A stretch of 37,175 nucleotides of DNA from Octopus bimaculoides. Its lineage: Eukaryota. The notes beneath the pieces were generated by a model. It did no database searches. It had not been told where the DNA came from and worked only from the letters and a program-made list of their open reading frames with translations. Shown here piece by piece: positions 1 through 10,811 of this stretch. The translations under genes were made by a program, and so were the position numbers. Numbering within the stretch: position 1 is the first letter of the stretch; every line of letters starts with the position of its first letter. The stretch lies in assembly GCF_001194135.2 (NCBI RefSeq), contig NC_068982.1, positions 25,120,312 to 25,157,486 on the forward strand, given 5' to 3'.

Positions 1-20
1 AGAAAAGCTCTACAGTTGTA

Positions 21-63
21 TTTGTCCCCTCTGTGTGCAGCCCTGTGTGGCTAATAAAAGAAA
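21..63 (+). mobile_element. 3' tail fragment of SINE-B
   Basis: TTTGTCCCCTCTGTGTGCAGCCCTGTGTGGCTAATAAAAGAAA aligns with the reverse complement of the SINE-B tail at 7591-7636 (TTTGACTCCTCTATGTTTAGCCCCTTGTGGGCAATAAAGAAA). Confidence 0.6.
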
Positions 64-185
64 GTTATCTATCTATCTATCTATCTATCTGGCTATCTAT
101 CTATCTATCTATCTATCTATCTGTCCGTCTGTCTTCCTCTATCTTTCTATCTATCCCTCTATCTATCTACCTATCTATCTTTCTT
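64..185. repeat. (TCTA)n microsatellite, degenerating to CT-rich
   Basis: Direct reading; source of the spurious IYLS/YLSI ORFs. Confidence 0.95.
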
Positions 186-487
186 CTTACCCATCTCCCC
201 CTCTCGCTCTGCTTCCTTCTGTTGTCCTGGCTTCTACTTCACTACTATACACATCTCTCTCTTCCTCCTTGTTCCACTTCCTCCCTCTACCATCCACTCT
301 GCTCACGTGTGACCTGTGGTCAACTCTCTTTTCACTCCAGCCACTATGAAGGCGAGACGAATTGCTAGCATTCTACATCAGATTCGCGTTTGGCCGTACG
401 GCTTTTTATTGTTGTTTTCACTGTCCAATTTTTCCTGTCTTGGTTTGTGTTTGCCACCATGGAATCCTCTGTATAGTGGGTCGATCC

Positions 488-558
488 ACTACTCAGGAAG
501 AGACTATTCTAGAGTACTTCTGCCTTATCTTCGAAACGTCTAGTTAGAATAGAGGCAG
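488..558 (+). ncRNA. Degenerate minimal type I hammerhead ribozyme candidate (Penelope-like terminal repeat type)
   Basis: ACTA(488-491)/TAGT(541-544) forms stem I. CTCAGGA(492-498) is the CUGANGA core with one substitution. GAAAC-GTC(533-540) has a palindromic ACGT stem III and a GUC site. Stem II is short and imperfect. Confidence 0.35.
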
Positions 559-1364
559 CTGACGAAGGATTAATTCCAAGTGGCTATCTGTTTTCCTATG
601 TGTTCGTTCCGTTGTCTGTAGTTCATTGTTCTAACATCCTGTACCCTGATATGCATTTATATACACATGTAGATGTAAGTATGTACATATATGTGATATT
701 TCTAAAGTTTTTATCGTTGTATTTGGTGGTCTTTTTACCGTACCTTTTAGACACTTTAGCGACTGAATACTATAAATTCATTTATTGATTCTTGAAGGAA
801 TTGAACAGACATATTGTATTTTACGTTGGACAGATGGTATTGTTCCTGTGATTTTCCACCCTTATGTATCCATTTTTACTATAAGATATATATATATACA
901 TACACATATAGATAGATAGAAAGATGCTAAAGGAAAGCAATTATTAATGGGTTGACTGGAAATATTTTTTATAAATTCATGTTCCAAGAAATTTCCTATA
1001 ATTTCGATTTCTCATGTTTATTGAATTTTTTAAAACTCCTATTTCTCGCAAATTTAAATGTTCACTGCGTTCTATCCATCACAAATTTAAATATTCATTG
1101 CATTCACTGCGGAGTATTCCATTTTCATTTGCAAAGTCTCTCACTTTCTCTTTTAAGTTTTAATTGGCTTTTAATGTATAGGTAATGTAGAAACATTATT
1201 TATTGAACGAAAATTTTTTTTTTTTAATAACCGTATAATTTTTTAACGGGAGATAGTTGTGAGAAGTGCCTCGAAAGTTGGGTACTTACTACTAGAAGAC
1301 AAAGAGAAATAAAACTCGAAACTTGCACCTTATTCACACTTTCGAAATACAATTTCAACAGTGA

Positions 1365-1577
1365 TACACACACACACACACACACACACACAACAATAAA
1401 CATTCGCGCACGGGCATAGATACGCAGACACACAAATGAAATACAATGAATGTGTGCGTGTGTGCGATGTGTTTATGTGTGCATGCGTGTCTGTCTATGT
1501 GCGCGCTAGTGTTTGTGTGTGCATGCGTGCGTACGTGTGTGTATGTGTGTGTGCGCGCGCGCGCGTGTGTGTGTGTA
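1365..1577. repeat. Compound (CA)n ... (TG)n/(CG)n microsatellite
   Basis: Direct reading. Confidence 0.9.
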
Positions 1578-1659
1578 CCGTTAGTCGACAAAATTTTTCT
1601 GTTTGTCTAACCTCTTTCTCTCCTCTCCCTCCCTCTCTTTCTATTGATTGTTTTCAACC

Positions 1660-1975
1660 ATCACCATGACCACCACAACCACCATCGCTACCACAACTAC
1701 CATACACACATCATTCTAACTTTTGACACCATCACCAACTTTTGACAGCAACACCTCTGATTTCGCCGCCTTTCCATCCACCACTATCACTACTATCTTT
1801 CATATCCCTTGCGATCACCGTCACGGTTGACCGCGTCAGCTACCACCACCACTATCATCACCGTCGCCTCCGCTTCTATCATAATTATAGCTCATACTAT
1901 TACTACCACCTCCTTACCATCTCAACTGTCAATCTACTACCACCCTCACCGTTTCTATGCCTACTATTATTCTCA
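1660..1975. repeat. Degenerate (CAC/CAT/TAC)n low-complexity tract
   Basis: Direct reading; explains the His/Thr/Tyr-rich ORFs at 1742 and 1809. Confidence 0.8.
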
Positions 1976-2519
1976 CTCCAGCAAGAGGAGTAGAAGAAGT
2001 GTTATTGAATAGTGAGAGAGGGAGTCAAAGTGTGACACACTGACACAGAAATTCGTTTTGGCATTTATTATTATAGATATAGCCTATGTTTAAATTTAGA
2101 TTTAGATAGGAAACTTTCAAATATAGCATCCAAACCTTGTTTTGGGTACGGCACAAGTAGTGTACATCATACCAATACCATCCTATCACAAACAGTTGCG
2201 AAATGTTTATATTATAACATTGTGACCTATTATGTAACCTGATGAGGATTCTTCTGCACTGTGGAGTGCATTACATCCCCACCCACTAGGGACCAGTGCA
2301 AATGTAAACTGAAACAATCGCCGTGCTGAATAAAGCTTACAGTACACTCTGTCTTCCCTATCAATTATTTACAAACATGTATATATTTTATATTTATATA
2401 AGCATATATCTGTGAGCCTGGTATTTCGTATATTGAGTGACTTATAGGAAATTTTAAAGGTGTTCCTATATCGATATTTTATGTTCAACTCAAGTGTATG
2501 ATTTCTCATTAATGTGAAA

Positions 2520-3580
2520 TACAAGTATGTAAAATCTGGCTAGCAGTCAAGTGGACGTGAATTGTTTTCGTACAAAGTGTGGTATGCTGCAAAATGTGTC
2601 AAGCAATTATACAAATTGTGGCGGTGGTTAGAAAAATGACCGCCCTAAGAATATTGAGACGAAGGTATATTGTGAAAGTTTCTGACGAAATTGAATTTTG
2701 AAAAAAGTCATCATTGGAAGAATTCAGAAAAAATGCAGCTGAAATTCATATCCATTAAAATAAGAAGGGGAATCTGATGTAATAATCTGTAAAAATCGTC
2801 TCCATGAATAGAAACCTTTACCAGCAAGTTATCGCATGTCAACATGAGTAGAGTTTCTTATGAACGGTTTAAGAACAATCGAACAATGAAAAGATATTCA
2901 AAGAAGAATTTATTCAAAATGGAGAAAGCGAAATTAGCCTTCTTTTGATGTCAGCATACAAAGCAATGCCAACTTTACCTCGTAGTGATTTATAGAGTAA
3001 ACATGTCTGAAGAGCAGAGTTTTTAGAAATTTTTGTGGCAATATTATGTATTACATTTCCGAATGCATTATGTATATAAATATTAAAAGTACAAAGCTGC
3101 ATATTTAGTGATTCGTATAAGAAAACAAGGCCAACCAAAAGCTCGATACGAGAATATGACCTATGGTGTCATATACGAACACCAAATTGATGTTTTCTCA
3201 TTGTTATGAACAGCTTCAAATGGCAAATGTAGTAGTCTTAACACACGACCATTCTAAGCTATATTAGAATTTAAAACATTATCATATGGCATTATACAAC
3301 AAAATGTTACTGGATTTCATGATGCTTGATATTAGAGATCCAGTAAGTCAAGTATTGTTTGAAAAAGTAAATTGATGGAATACTACAACGTTTTTGGTAG
3401 AATACAAAGAAATGCAAGAGAATGTAAAATACAATATCATGTATGTGGCACATGTAAAAAAATGTTACTTTTTTTAGCATTGAAACTTCCTGAACGCAGG
3501 TAAGAAGTCAGTTATCTAGAGAAACGTATGAAGTAAGATATCCGAATAGTTTAACATTGATGAAACGAGCGACAGTTTGA
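2520..3580 (+). mobile_element. Decayed hAT (Ac/ZBED-like) transposase remnant
   Basis: BED-finger-like CCKMCQ at ~2585. One frame from 2971 to 3477 reads FIE*TCLKSRVF, FV*ENKAN, HCYEQLQMAN, *WNTTTFLVE (TGA-TGG-AAT, probably from CGA, giving RWN). LKLPE and QLSRETY follow in shifted frames. These match hAT motifs HFID..W.LKS.VL, VTDNA.N, C.AHTLQLA, RWNST, LKPFE and QLS.E.Y in the correct order. Confidence 0.6.
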
Positions 3581-3712
3581 AAAGACCCGAGATGAAGACT
3601 GATGAGACGATTATATATTTTATTCTAGTAATTTCCATACATACTGTTTATACATTTTAAATGGTGTGACATATTTTACATACAATCATTTCAAGGTATT
3701 CATCGAGGATAA

Positions 3713-3930
3713 TATTAATAAATTTTGGCACAAAGTCAGCAATTTTTATGGAGGGATAAATAGATTACATCGACACCAGATCTCAGCGTGTACTTATTTT
3801 ATCGATCCCGAAAGGATGAAGAGCAAATTCGAGCTCGGTGGAATTTATACTCAGATCGTCAAGAAGGACGTAATGACGCTAAGCATTTTGCCCAGTGTGC
3901 TAAATAAGGATTATGCGACTTCGCTACCTT
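3713..3930 (-). mobile_element. SINE-B, near full length
   Basis: The reverse complement aligns along its length with the + copies at 15781 and 16281 (head, B-box-like GAGTATAAATTCC, TTCATCCTTTCGGGATCGATAAAATAAGTAC core, GTCGATGTAATC, TGTGCCAAAATT tail). Confidence 0.85.
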
Positions 3931-3949
3931 TTATTGAAATTAATATTGA

Positions 3950-4073
3950 TTTAATATTTTGGCACAAGGTCAGAAATTTCGGGAGAGAGTTAAGTCGATT
4001 ACATCGATCCTAGTGTTGACGTAGCATTTATTTCATCGACCCCGTGCTAACGTTTCTGCCAGTTCGCTGCTTT
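3950..4073 (-). mobile_element. SINE-B, internally deleted tandem copy
   Basis: It has the tail (TTTTGGCACAAGG, GTCGATTACATCGA) and the head (GTGCTAACGTTTCTGCCAGTTCGCTGC) joined at CCCG (~4041), with ~80-90 bp of the middle missing. Confidence 0.8.
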
Positions 4074-5860
4074 AAATTTCGAAATCAATATTAAATGGAA
4101 TAATAATACGTTCATATGCTCCACTCGATTAACTATTTTCCATACCAATGCAACAGTGAATTTCATGGGCAAAACCATTTGAAAATTCGGTATTGACAGT
4201 ATTGACAGTATTGACAACACAATGTAATACTTCATTCATTTAAGTTACAATGTTTCATGGTGGAGCTGAATGTCCGGACACTTTCTGCAATTAAGAATGT
4301 GTCATTCTTGCATTAGCGTTATGCCTAACATAGAGTAATAAAACCCTAAACGTGTGAAAATCTTTAAACCCAGCAATGACATAAAACGTCAATTATATTA
4401 GTGGGAAGTCGAATGTTTATGCATATAAATTAGTCTTGAGAAATATGTCGGGAAGTTTAGCCATTATTACTAAGTCTTACAGATAATAGTCGGATATGAA
4501 TTAGATTCAATGTAATTTTACTGTAGCAATAGCAATTTTAATAGGTATAACAATCCATAATTACTCCGGTTTTCTCGAGTATTATATTATTGTATTTATG
4601 GGAGGTCAGATGGTAGAAACATCACAATGAGTGTAGAGTCTCTGTTCGTGTACGACCGCGGAATATAGATGTGTGTATACCCCAAGTACTTTTAGTTTTT
4701 AGCTCAAAAATTTTAAGAGTACAATGTGATTGTTTTATCGTTATAAAGAGTATAGCAATTTGTAATGTATTTACAGCTGTACTTACCAGGCTTACTAAGA
4801 AGCATTCAATTACATGAGTGCGAAATCTATAAATCGTATTTCAATGTTCGCTTGTTATCGATACCTATATATATATTTATTTATTTACTCCTAAAGTAAA
4901 ATCAATAAAATAATGATATGTCTTATTTGTAATGCGGCTGATATACTAATTATTTCAATAAAGATAAATATACTTTTCGCGCAATAGTGACATTAGTATC
5001 AAAACATGATTTCAATTTATAGTTGATACATGATTTTTTCAATTTGTTCTACAGGCGCTTTGAAAAATACACACACAAAAAACACGAATCTAAGTCATGA
5101 AGAAAATAAAACGGCCAACACATATTGTAGAAATCATATGCGAGTCATATAGTACATAAAAAAAAACAACTTTTTAATAATTCCGTTTAAAATGTAATTG
5201 AAAATGTCGATATTGTTATTGTAACTGTATTAGGTCAAAAATTACATACAGGAGAGTTTATGTTAACTTGCGATATCAAAGGCGCTTAAGAAGAAATTAA
5301 AAGATCATTGTTTAAAACTGAATACAGAAGACATTGCTTACGAAAGCAAAAATATATTGCTTAAAATGTATATATATTGATGCAACGAAAATAATATTTA
5401 GAAATTCTTATCTTAAAAGGTTTCATATAATTGGATTGTTTTAACAAATAATTTCTTTTATCGTTTTTGTATACATTTAGATATAAATTTAAACAAGAAA
5501 TATTTAACACAGACATGAAAATAGAACATTTGAAAGGGAAGGTGGAAGTGAAATGAAGAAAACTAATGATATACATAAAAGTCTACGATTGATTTCTTTT
5601 AAGAATTTTATAACATTTTCATTGGGACGTATTTAAATAAGTAGGAATGAAATGCTAAACATTATCTATTTTGAAAACAACAATAACACTATAGTTTTTG
5701 CCCCAGTATCAATTATTGAGAAATTGATTTTTTCATAGTGATTTTATATTCCTTGCTTCTTATTTTGTTCCTCATTTTCTTCTATGGTTAATCTCCAATC
5801 AATAACAATAAAGAATTCAGTACATTAGTATATAAAAATAAAATAAAATAAAATGTATTA

Positions 5861-6051
5861 NNNNNNNNNNNNNNNNNNNNNNNNNNNNNNNNNNNNNNNN
5901 NNNNNNNNNNNNNNNNNNNNNNNNNNNNNNNNNNNNNNNNNNNNNNNNNNNNNNNNNNNNNNNNNNNNNNNNNNNNNNNNNNNNNNNNNNNNNNNNNNNN
6001 NNNNNNNNNNNNNNNNNNNNNNNNNNNNNNNNNNNNNNNNNNNNNNNNNNN
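5861..6051. other. Assembly gap (N run)
   Basis: Ns. Confidence 1.
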
Positions 6052-6289
6052 TATATATGTATGTATACATAGTGCATGAAAAATTGAGAAATTATGTAAA
6101 CTCGTTATACAAATAGATGTAGTGTCTATATATGCATATATGTATGTATGAGTTGCATGACTTATCACGTTCTAAGTGTTTTAGTATTTATCATCTTGAT
6201 ACACCTGCTCAATTGCATCTTTGAAAAGAAAGCTTTCGCTTTCCTTCATTTAAGCAATCATTCATCGTTTAAGAAGTTAGTGCATATTA

Positions 6290-6960
6290 GGATATTCCTC
6301 CGTAAACCGGAGTTAGGTTCTAAGTTTCTTCTCTAAGAATCAAAGTTTTGCCATATTGTAATCTTTACGGCTTAGTACATGTCCCTTTCCTGAAATAATA
6401 TTGTGTATAAAGATGAAATTATGTTTTAGGTACTGGAGATATACAACCTTCCTCAACGATCAAGAATGTTTCATTTTTTTAGCATACTGATGCCATTTGT
6501 ATAGCTGATTGCCACAACAGATTTGTTATCTTCTGATCACAACCATCATATATATTTCAATTTTATTTTATTGCTGGTTTTACTGTTTGCTATAAGAATA
6601 CGATCTTGATCCGTTAGTTGCAATATTCGCATCGATGTTTGCAGTTCATTTCCGAGTTCGTACACCATGTGAGTAAACTCCAATAGTCTTTATGATTGGT
6701 CATTGCATTTATAAATCCATTATTAAGATTCCAATACCCTACGAGTAAAATCCAACAGTATTTGAAATTGGTCATTCCAAATACAGAGTTTATACAGTGT
6801 TATTGAATCAAGGGTTCTGCTTAAACATTAAGATTCAGGACAAGTAATTTGCGGCATGAGGTAGTTTGTTGCTTGGTTTCTCAGTCAGATTGCTCACTAC
6901 TTAGATATTCTAATATGAATATATAAACGTTTCTCTTTGGAGCAAAGCATCATCCAACTT
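6290..6960 (-). mobile_element. Decayed Ty3/gypsy pol remnant (RNase H to integrase zinc-finger region)
   Basis: Minus-strand frames give, in order, CLSRTL (cf. ASRTL), VFGMTNFKY (cf. VFGVKKFHQY), MTNHKD (cf. TDHKPL), GNELQTSMRIL (cf. ANRLQRW.L.L) and LIVEEGCI (cf. LSVVEGCL). There are many stops and frameshifts. Confidence 0.5.
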
Positions 6961-7151
6961 GTTCATTATTATTGGTATATCTCGTCGCTGCATTTTAAAT
7001 AGAAGTGGTAGATATGATATCATTTCGGCCATATTTTTAAACCCTTCTCAATAATTATGCATTTATTTGATAAAATAATTTAAATCAAAGCGTTAGGTCC
7101 TACACGATGCCTTTGCGTATGGCATATTTATTTTCACAATTAAAACATCGT

Positions 7152-7280
7152 TAAAGCGACAATCTGCCAGGATCGTTGGAACACGGATAACATGGTTAGT
7201 GGTATTTCGTGTGTATTTACTTTCTAAGTTCAAATTCCACCGCCGCTGGCTTTGCCTTTCATCCTTACGGGTCGTTATGC
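7152..7280 (+). mobile_element. SINE-B, 5' half, diverged
   Basis: Head, B-box AAGTTCAAATTCC and CTTTGCCTTTCATCCTTACGGGTCG core align with the 16281 copy. Confidence 0.75.
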
Positions 7281-7420
7281 TAATTATCCTTTTTCTTACT
7301 GCGTGTTCCCGCATAGTCAGTCGCCATATATTGTTTAATTTACTCATCCACGTAGTACTTGTATAGTATTCTCCATACACACACGCAAAGACACCCACAC
7401 ATACACACACACACACATAT

Positions 7421-7575
7421 AGACGCAGGTTGTGTGGTAAGAAACTTACTCTCCAACCACATGGTTCCTGGCTCAGTCCCCCTGTATGGCACCTTTGGCA
7501 GTGTTTTCTACTATAGCCTCCGGCCGACCAAAGCCTTGTGAGTGGATTTGGTAGACAGAAACTGAAAAGAGCCCG
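7421..7575 (+). mobile_element. SINE-A head (tRNA-like)
   Basis: GTTGTGTGGTAAG (A-box-like), GGCTCAGTCCC (B-box-like), CGACCAAAGCCTTGTGAGTGGATTTGGTAGACAGAAACTGAAA; homologous to 29071-29226 and to the reverse complement of 32781-32930. Confidence 0.85.
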
Positions 7576-7802
7576 GCGTGCTAACGTTTCTTATTTCTTT
7601 ATTGCCCACAAGGGGCTAAACATAGAGGAGTCAAACAAGGACAGACAAAGGGATTACGTCGATTACATCGACCCTAGTGCGTAACTGGTACTTAATCTAT
7701 CGACCCCGAAAATATGAAAGGCAAAGTCGACCTCGGCGGAATTTGAACTGAGAACACCGCCAGCTCGCCGGCGTACTGGCGTTTCTGCCAGCTCACCGCC
7801 TT
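7571..7802 (-). mobile_element. SINE-B (subfamily with CCCCTTGTGGGCAATAAAGAAATA tail) plus a repeated head segment
   Basis: The reverse complement starts AAGGCGGTGAGCTGGCAGAAACG and has B-box CAGTTCAAATTCCGCCGAGGTCGAC, core and tail. A second GAAACGTTAGCACGCCGGGC follows the tail at 7590-7571. Confidence 0.9.
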
Positions 7803-8420
7803 GTGTATTTTATATATGAACACTTACATCTGTTTAGGTATATATTCACATATATATGCATAATTGTATAAATATATATGCATATGTATAAATATATTTA
7901 TACAAGTGCACATAGGCAAATACGTACATCTATATGTATAAGTTGATGCGATATGTTTTTACGTTCACACACTGTACCTTATCACATGTATCAAATCACA
8001 ATGATTTCAACTAAAACTCCTTCTTTTAAAGACCTGTCCACCCATGACCTCGTCGATATGTGTCTCTGTGTGAATGTATGTATGCCGCTGCATGTTTCTC
8101 AAAGATTATAGAAAATACACTGGATCTATGGAAATAAAATGAACGAACAAATCGGTTACACTATATCTTTGAAAAGGTTAAAAAAAGAATTTGAACAGCA
8201 TATCAGGTTTAGGTTAAGTATAAAGATTTTATGACCACAATGTATGTTCGGAATAAAGTGAACCCTAGTTTCCAAAAAACAAAACGAGAGTTATTTGTGC
8301 AATATTTTATTAAATAATTACCTATTTAAGAAATGCCGGAACGATAAAATGATTCGAAAAAGGCTTAACTGTTAACTGGTTCACACCTCTATAAATTTTG
8401 GATGCATCGATCTGTGTGTG

Positions 8421-8424
<4 letters not shown>

Positions 8425-8502
<78 letters not shown>
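8425..8502. repeat. (TA)n microsatellite
   Basis: Direct reading. Confidence 0.95.
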
Positions 8503-8503
<1 letters not shown>

Positions 8504-8836
8504 TAATACATACATATGCATGATTACATATAGATATATGCATAAATACGTGGTTGCACACACATAGGTATATGTATATCATGTACGTATGTGTGTATGT
8601 ATGCGTTTTGAATAGCGTTTTACTGCGTTTTCTGAGTCAATGACTATATTTTGTTTATGAATGACAAACGATAGCTCTGATATGGTGATAACTTTTCAAT
8701 GAAAGTAAAATGGCTGTAAAATACGTTATTGTTTTGGACTGCTTCAATACTTTGCCTCAGTTGTAATATTGTTAATGTTGACTCATAAATGTCAAACTTT
8801 TATAGAGAAATATCACTGAAATATATATATTTCAAG

Positions 8837-8942
8837 AAACAAATTACTATCGAGAGACTTGAGAGATGTTGAAAATGAAACGCAGATAAAAAGAAAGAAG
8901 CAACTCTCTCTGCTTGAGGAAATGTCAAAACTCGATAAGGAG
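8837..8942 (+). CDS. Candidate internal exon, coiled-coil-like peptide
   Basis: TTTCAAG acceptor and GAG|GTTTGT donor. The purine-rich frame reads NKLLSRDLRDVENETQIKRKKQLSLLEEMSKLDKE with heptad-like Leu spacing. No homologue is recognised and a retroelement gag remnant is not excluded. Confidence 0.3.
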
Positions 8943-10748
8943 GTTTGTGTAATATCTTCGAGCACGCTGACAACATCGAAGACGTGTCTAAAATCTAAAT
9001 AGTATATAATAGTGTTTCATACGAGATGGAAATCTTATTAAAGAATTTCTGAATCACCATTCTCTGAAGAGAAAACGTATTTCAGTTAACAAATTCAAAT
9101 TGTGCATAAGCAATCTATTGCCTATGGAATAACACAGAATGATATGGTTTATATTTACAGAATAAATTATTTTCACCACATGAGGTAGTTCATTGAAAAG
9201 TACTGTATTATTGTGGTTTTTAAGTGAAAGACAATGGGTACTAATTTTTATTTTCTATCTTACATATTCTTCTTACTCAATTGTATTTAGCACAACCACA
9301 TGAGGATACATGCATTCTCATATGATTCAGATATAAAATCATTCCACAAAACTGAAGGAAAATATTATGCTTGTCCGAATTCTATGTATAATAATTTCAA
9401 CACACAGCTGATATTTTTAATGTCTTTGTTGTACTATTTTATATGTTATATTTAGTCAATAAAATGTTCTCTAGATTTTGATTACTTTCAATAAAATTAA
9501 ATAATTTTCAATTTTATATCATCTTGAATAGCAATTTTTTTCTCGTATACTGGCGAGTTAATATTAAACTAAATATATCGTAATCAATAGACTTATTGAG
9601 AAATACATCATTCTTTCATAATATAACCCAGAGTCTAAGAATCTATGATATTTATTACATTACCTATTGTATTAAAATTCAGAATTGCGAGTAATGCCAC
9701 CATTCGCAAAGAGGGTGTATAGCTAAGGTTCCTTATCATGGTAGTGGTGTATGAAAATAACAAAACATTCACTTTTTCTGTGATAGGTGGTCCCTAATAT
9801 CCGATAGCAAATATTGCTAGAAACGCACACGCAAGTTTAAGAAGTGAAAGTGTAAGGTAGATTAGTTTCTCTCTAATCATCTGTTTTAACAACTATCAAT
9901 CATGTCATGCATATCTTAAAATGAATTGTCGCTTTGTGTGCTATGTTGAATGGGTTTTCTGGTACCTTTACTTATTCTTAGAATAATAAGTAAATCGTTC
10001 GATAAGCAAGTTTTAGTTCTGTAGATATTATTTTATTTACAATTTCTATTTACGTTTAGTACACTTCTCAATGATTAATAAATTCTACAACTTCTGGATA
10101 TGTTAGATATAAGGTATCACTTATTGTTATTAATATTTTGTAATGTGTTGACTATACAAGTGTTATTCATTTTTATTTATTTTTTATTAAAAACTTGACT
10201 ATTAGCTAACAAGTTTTCTTTCGATTGAAATGCAATCTCATCCTAACGAGAATGCATATGATTTCTCCAGATGTCGATGTGTTGAAAGTATATTCATAGA
10301 ATTCCAGTGTTGTAGATTTATAGTATTTTGTTAACAGATTCATTTCTTTATTGTAAAACATTTGAAAAACCTTCAGCAAATGTAAACACATTTGAAATGA
10401 AAGAGTCCTTTTCAAAGAACATTGCGCTATTTTGTAAATTGCATTGATTTTGTTCACGAAAGTCATATTTAAAGAATTTAATCCGTGTCACTGATTGATT
10501 CAAAATACTTTGAGGTCAAGAGATGTGTTTCTTGTATTGTATTCAAAACTTTTTATACACTCCGATTATTTCTTGTGTCCATTTAAATTATTTGAATATA
10601 AATGTATCTTTAATCTTTCTATATTATTAAAGCAATCACTTGCACATTGGATTCATCTTTGAATACGAAGTGGGTGCTGAAATGTTCTTGGCATTATGGG
10701 TAACGCGAAAGACCAGCTGGAAGCTCAAACTTTTGAGTTCTTTTGCAG

Positions 10749-10811
10749 GGATTAGAAAAAGTGAAGGACAGCTACAATAATTATGTGATTGAGAGAGTGG
10801 ACTCTACTTAA
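10749..10811 (+). CDS. Candidate terminal exon
   Basis: Strong acceptor TTTTGAGTTCTTTTGCAG, then GLEKVKDSYNNYVIERVDST*, with AATAAA at 10810-10815. It is phase 0 and compatible with the 8942 donor. Confidence 0.2.
   Translation, partial: GLEKVKDSYNNYVIERVDST

Noticed and set aside
33-368. ORFs rich in IYLS, and all similar HT/CV/YI/SL/RE-repeat ORFs across the window
   Set aside because: They are translations of microsatellites.
3478-3499. 22-nt micro-exon with strong splice sites (TTTTTAG..CAG|GTAAGA), phase-compatible with the 8837 exon
   Set aside because: It lies inside the hAT remnant and its peptide LKLPE corresponds to the hAT LKPFE motif; most likely a chance splice-site match.
4189-4215. 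3 x 9-bp tandem repeat (GTATTGACA)
   Set aside because: Ordinary local slippage, too short to interpret and not CRISPR-like.
5788-6168. Long ORFs spanning N runs (also at 23.7-24.4, 26.7-27.2 and 31.0-31.5 kb)
   Set aside because: They are open only because Ns contain no stop codons.
6340-6392. Minus-strand terminal exon candidate (TTTCAG|..KGHVLSRKDYNMAKL*)
   Set aside because: Better explained as part of the gypsy pol remnant in another frame.
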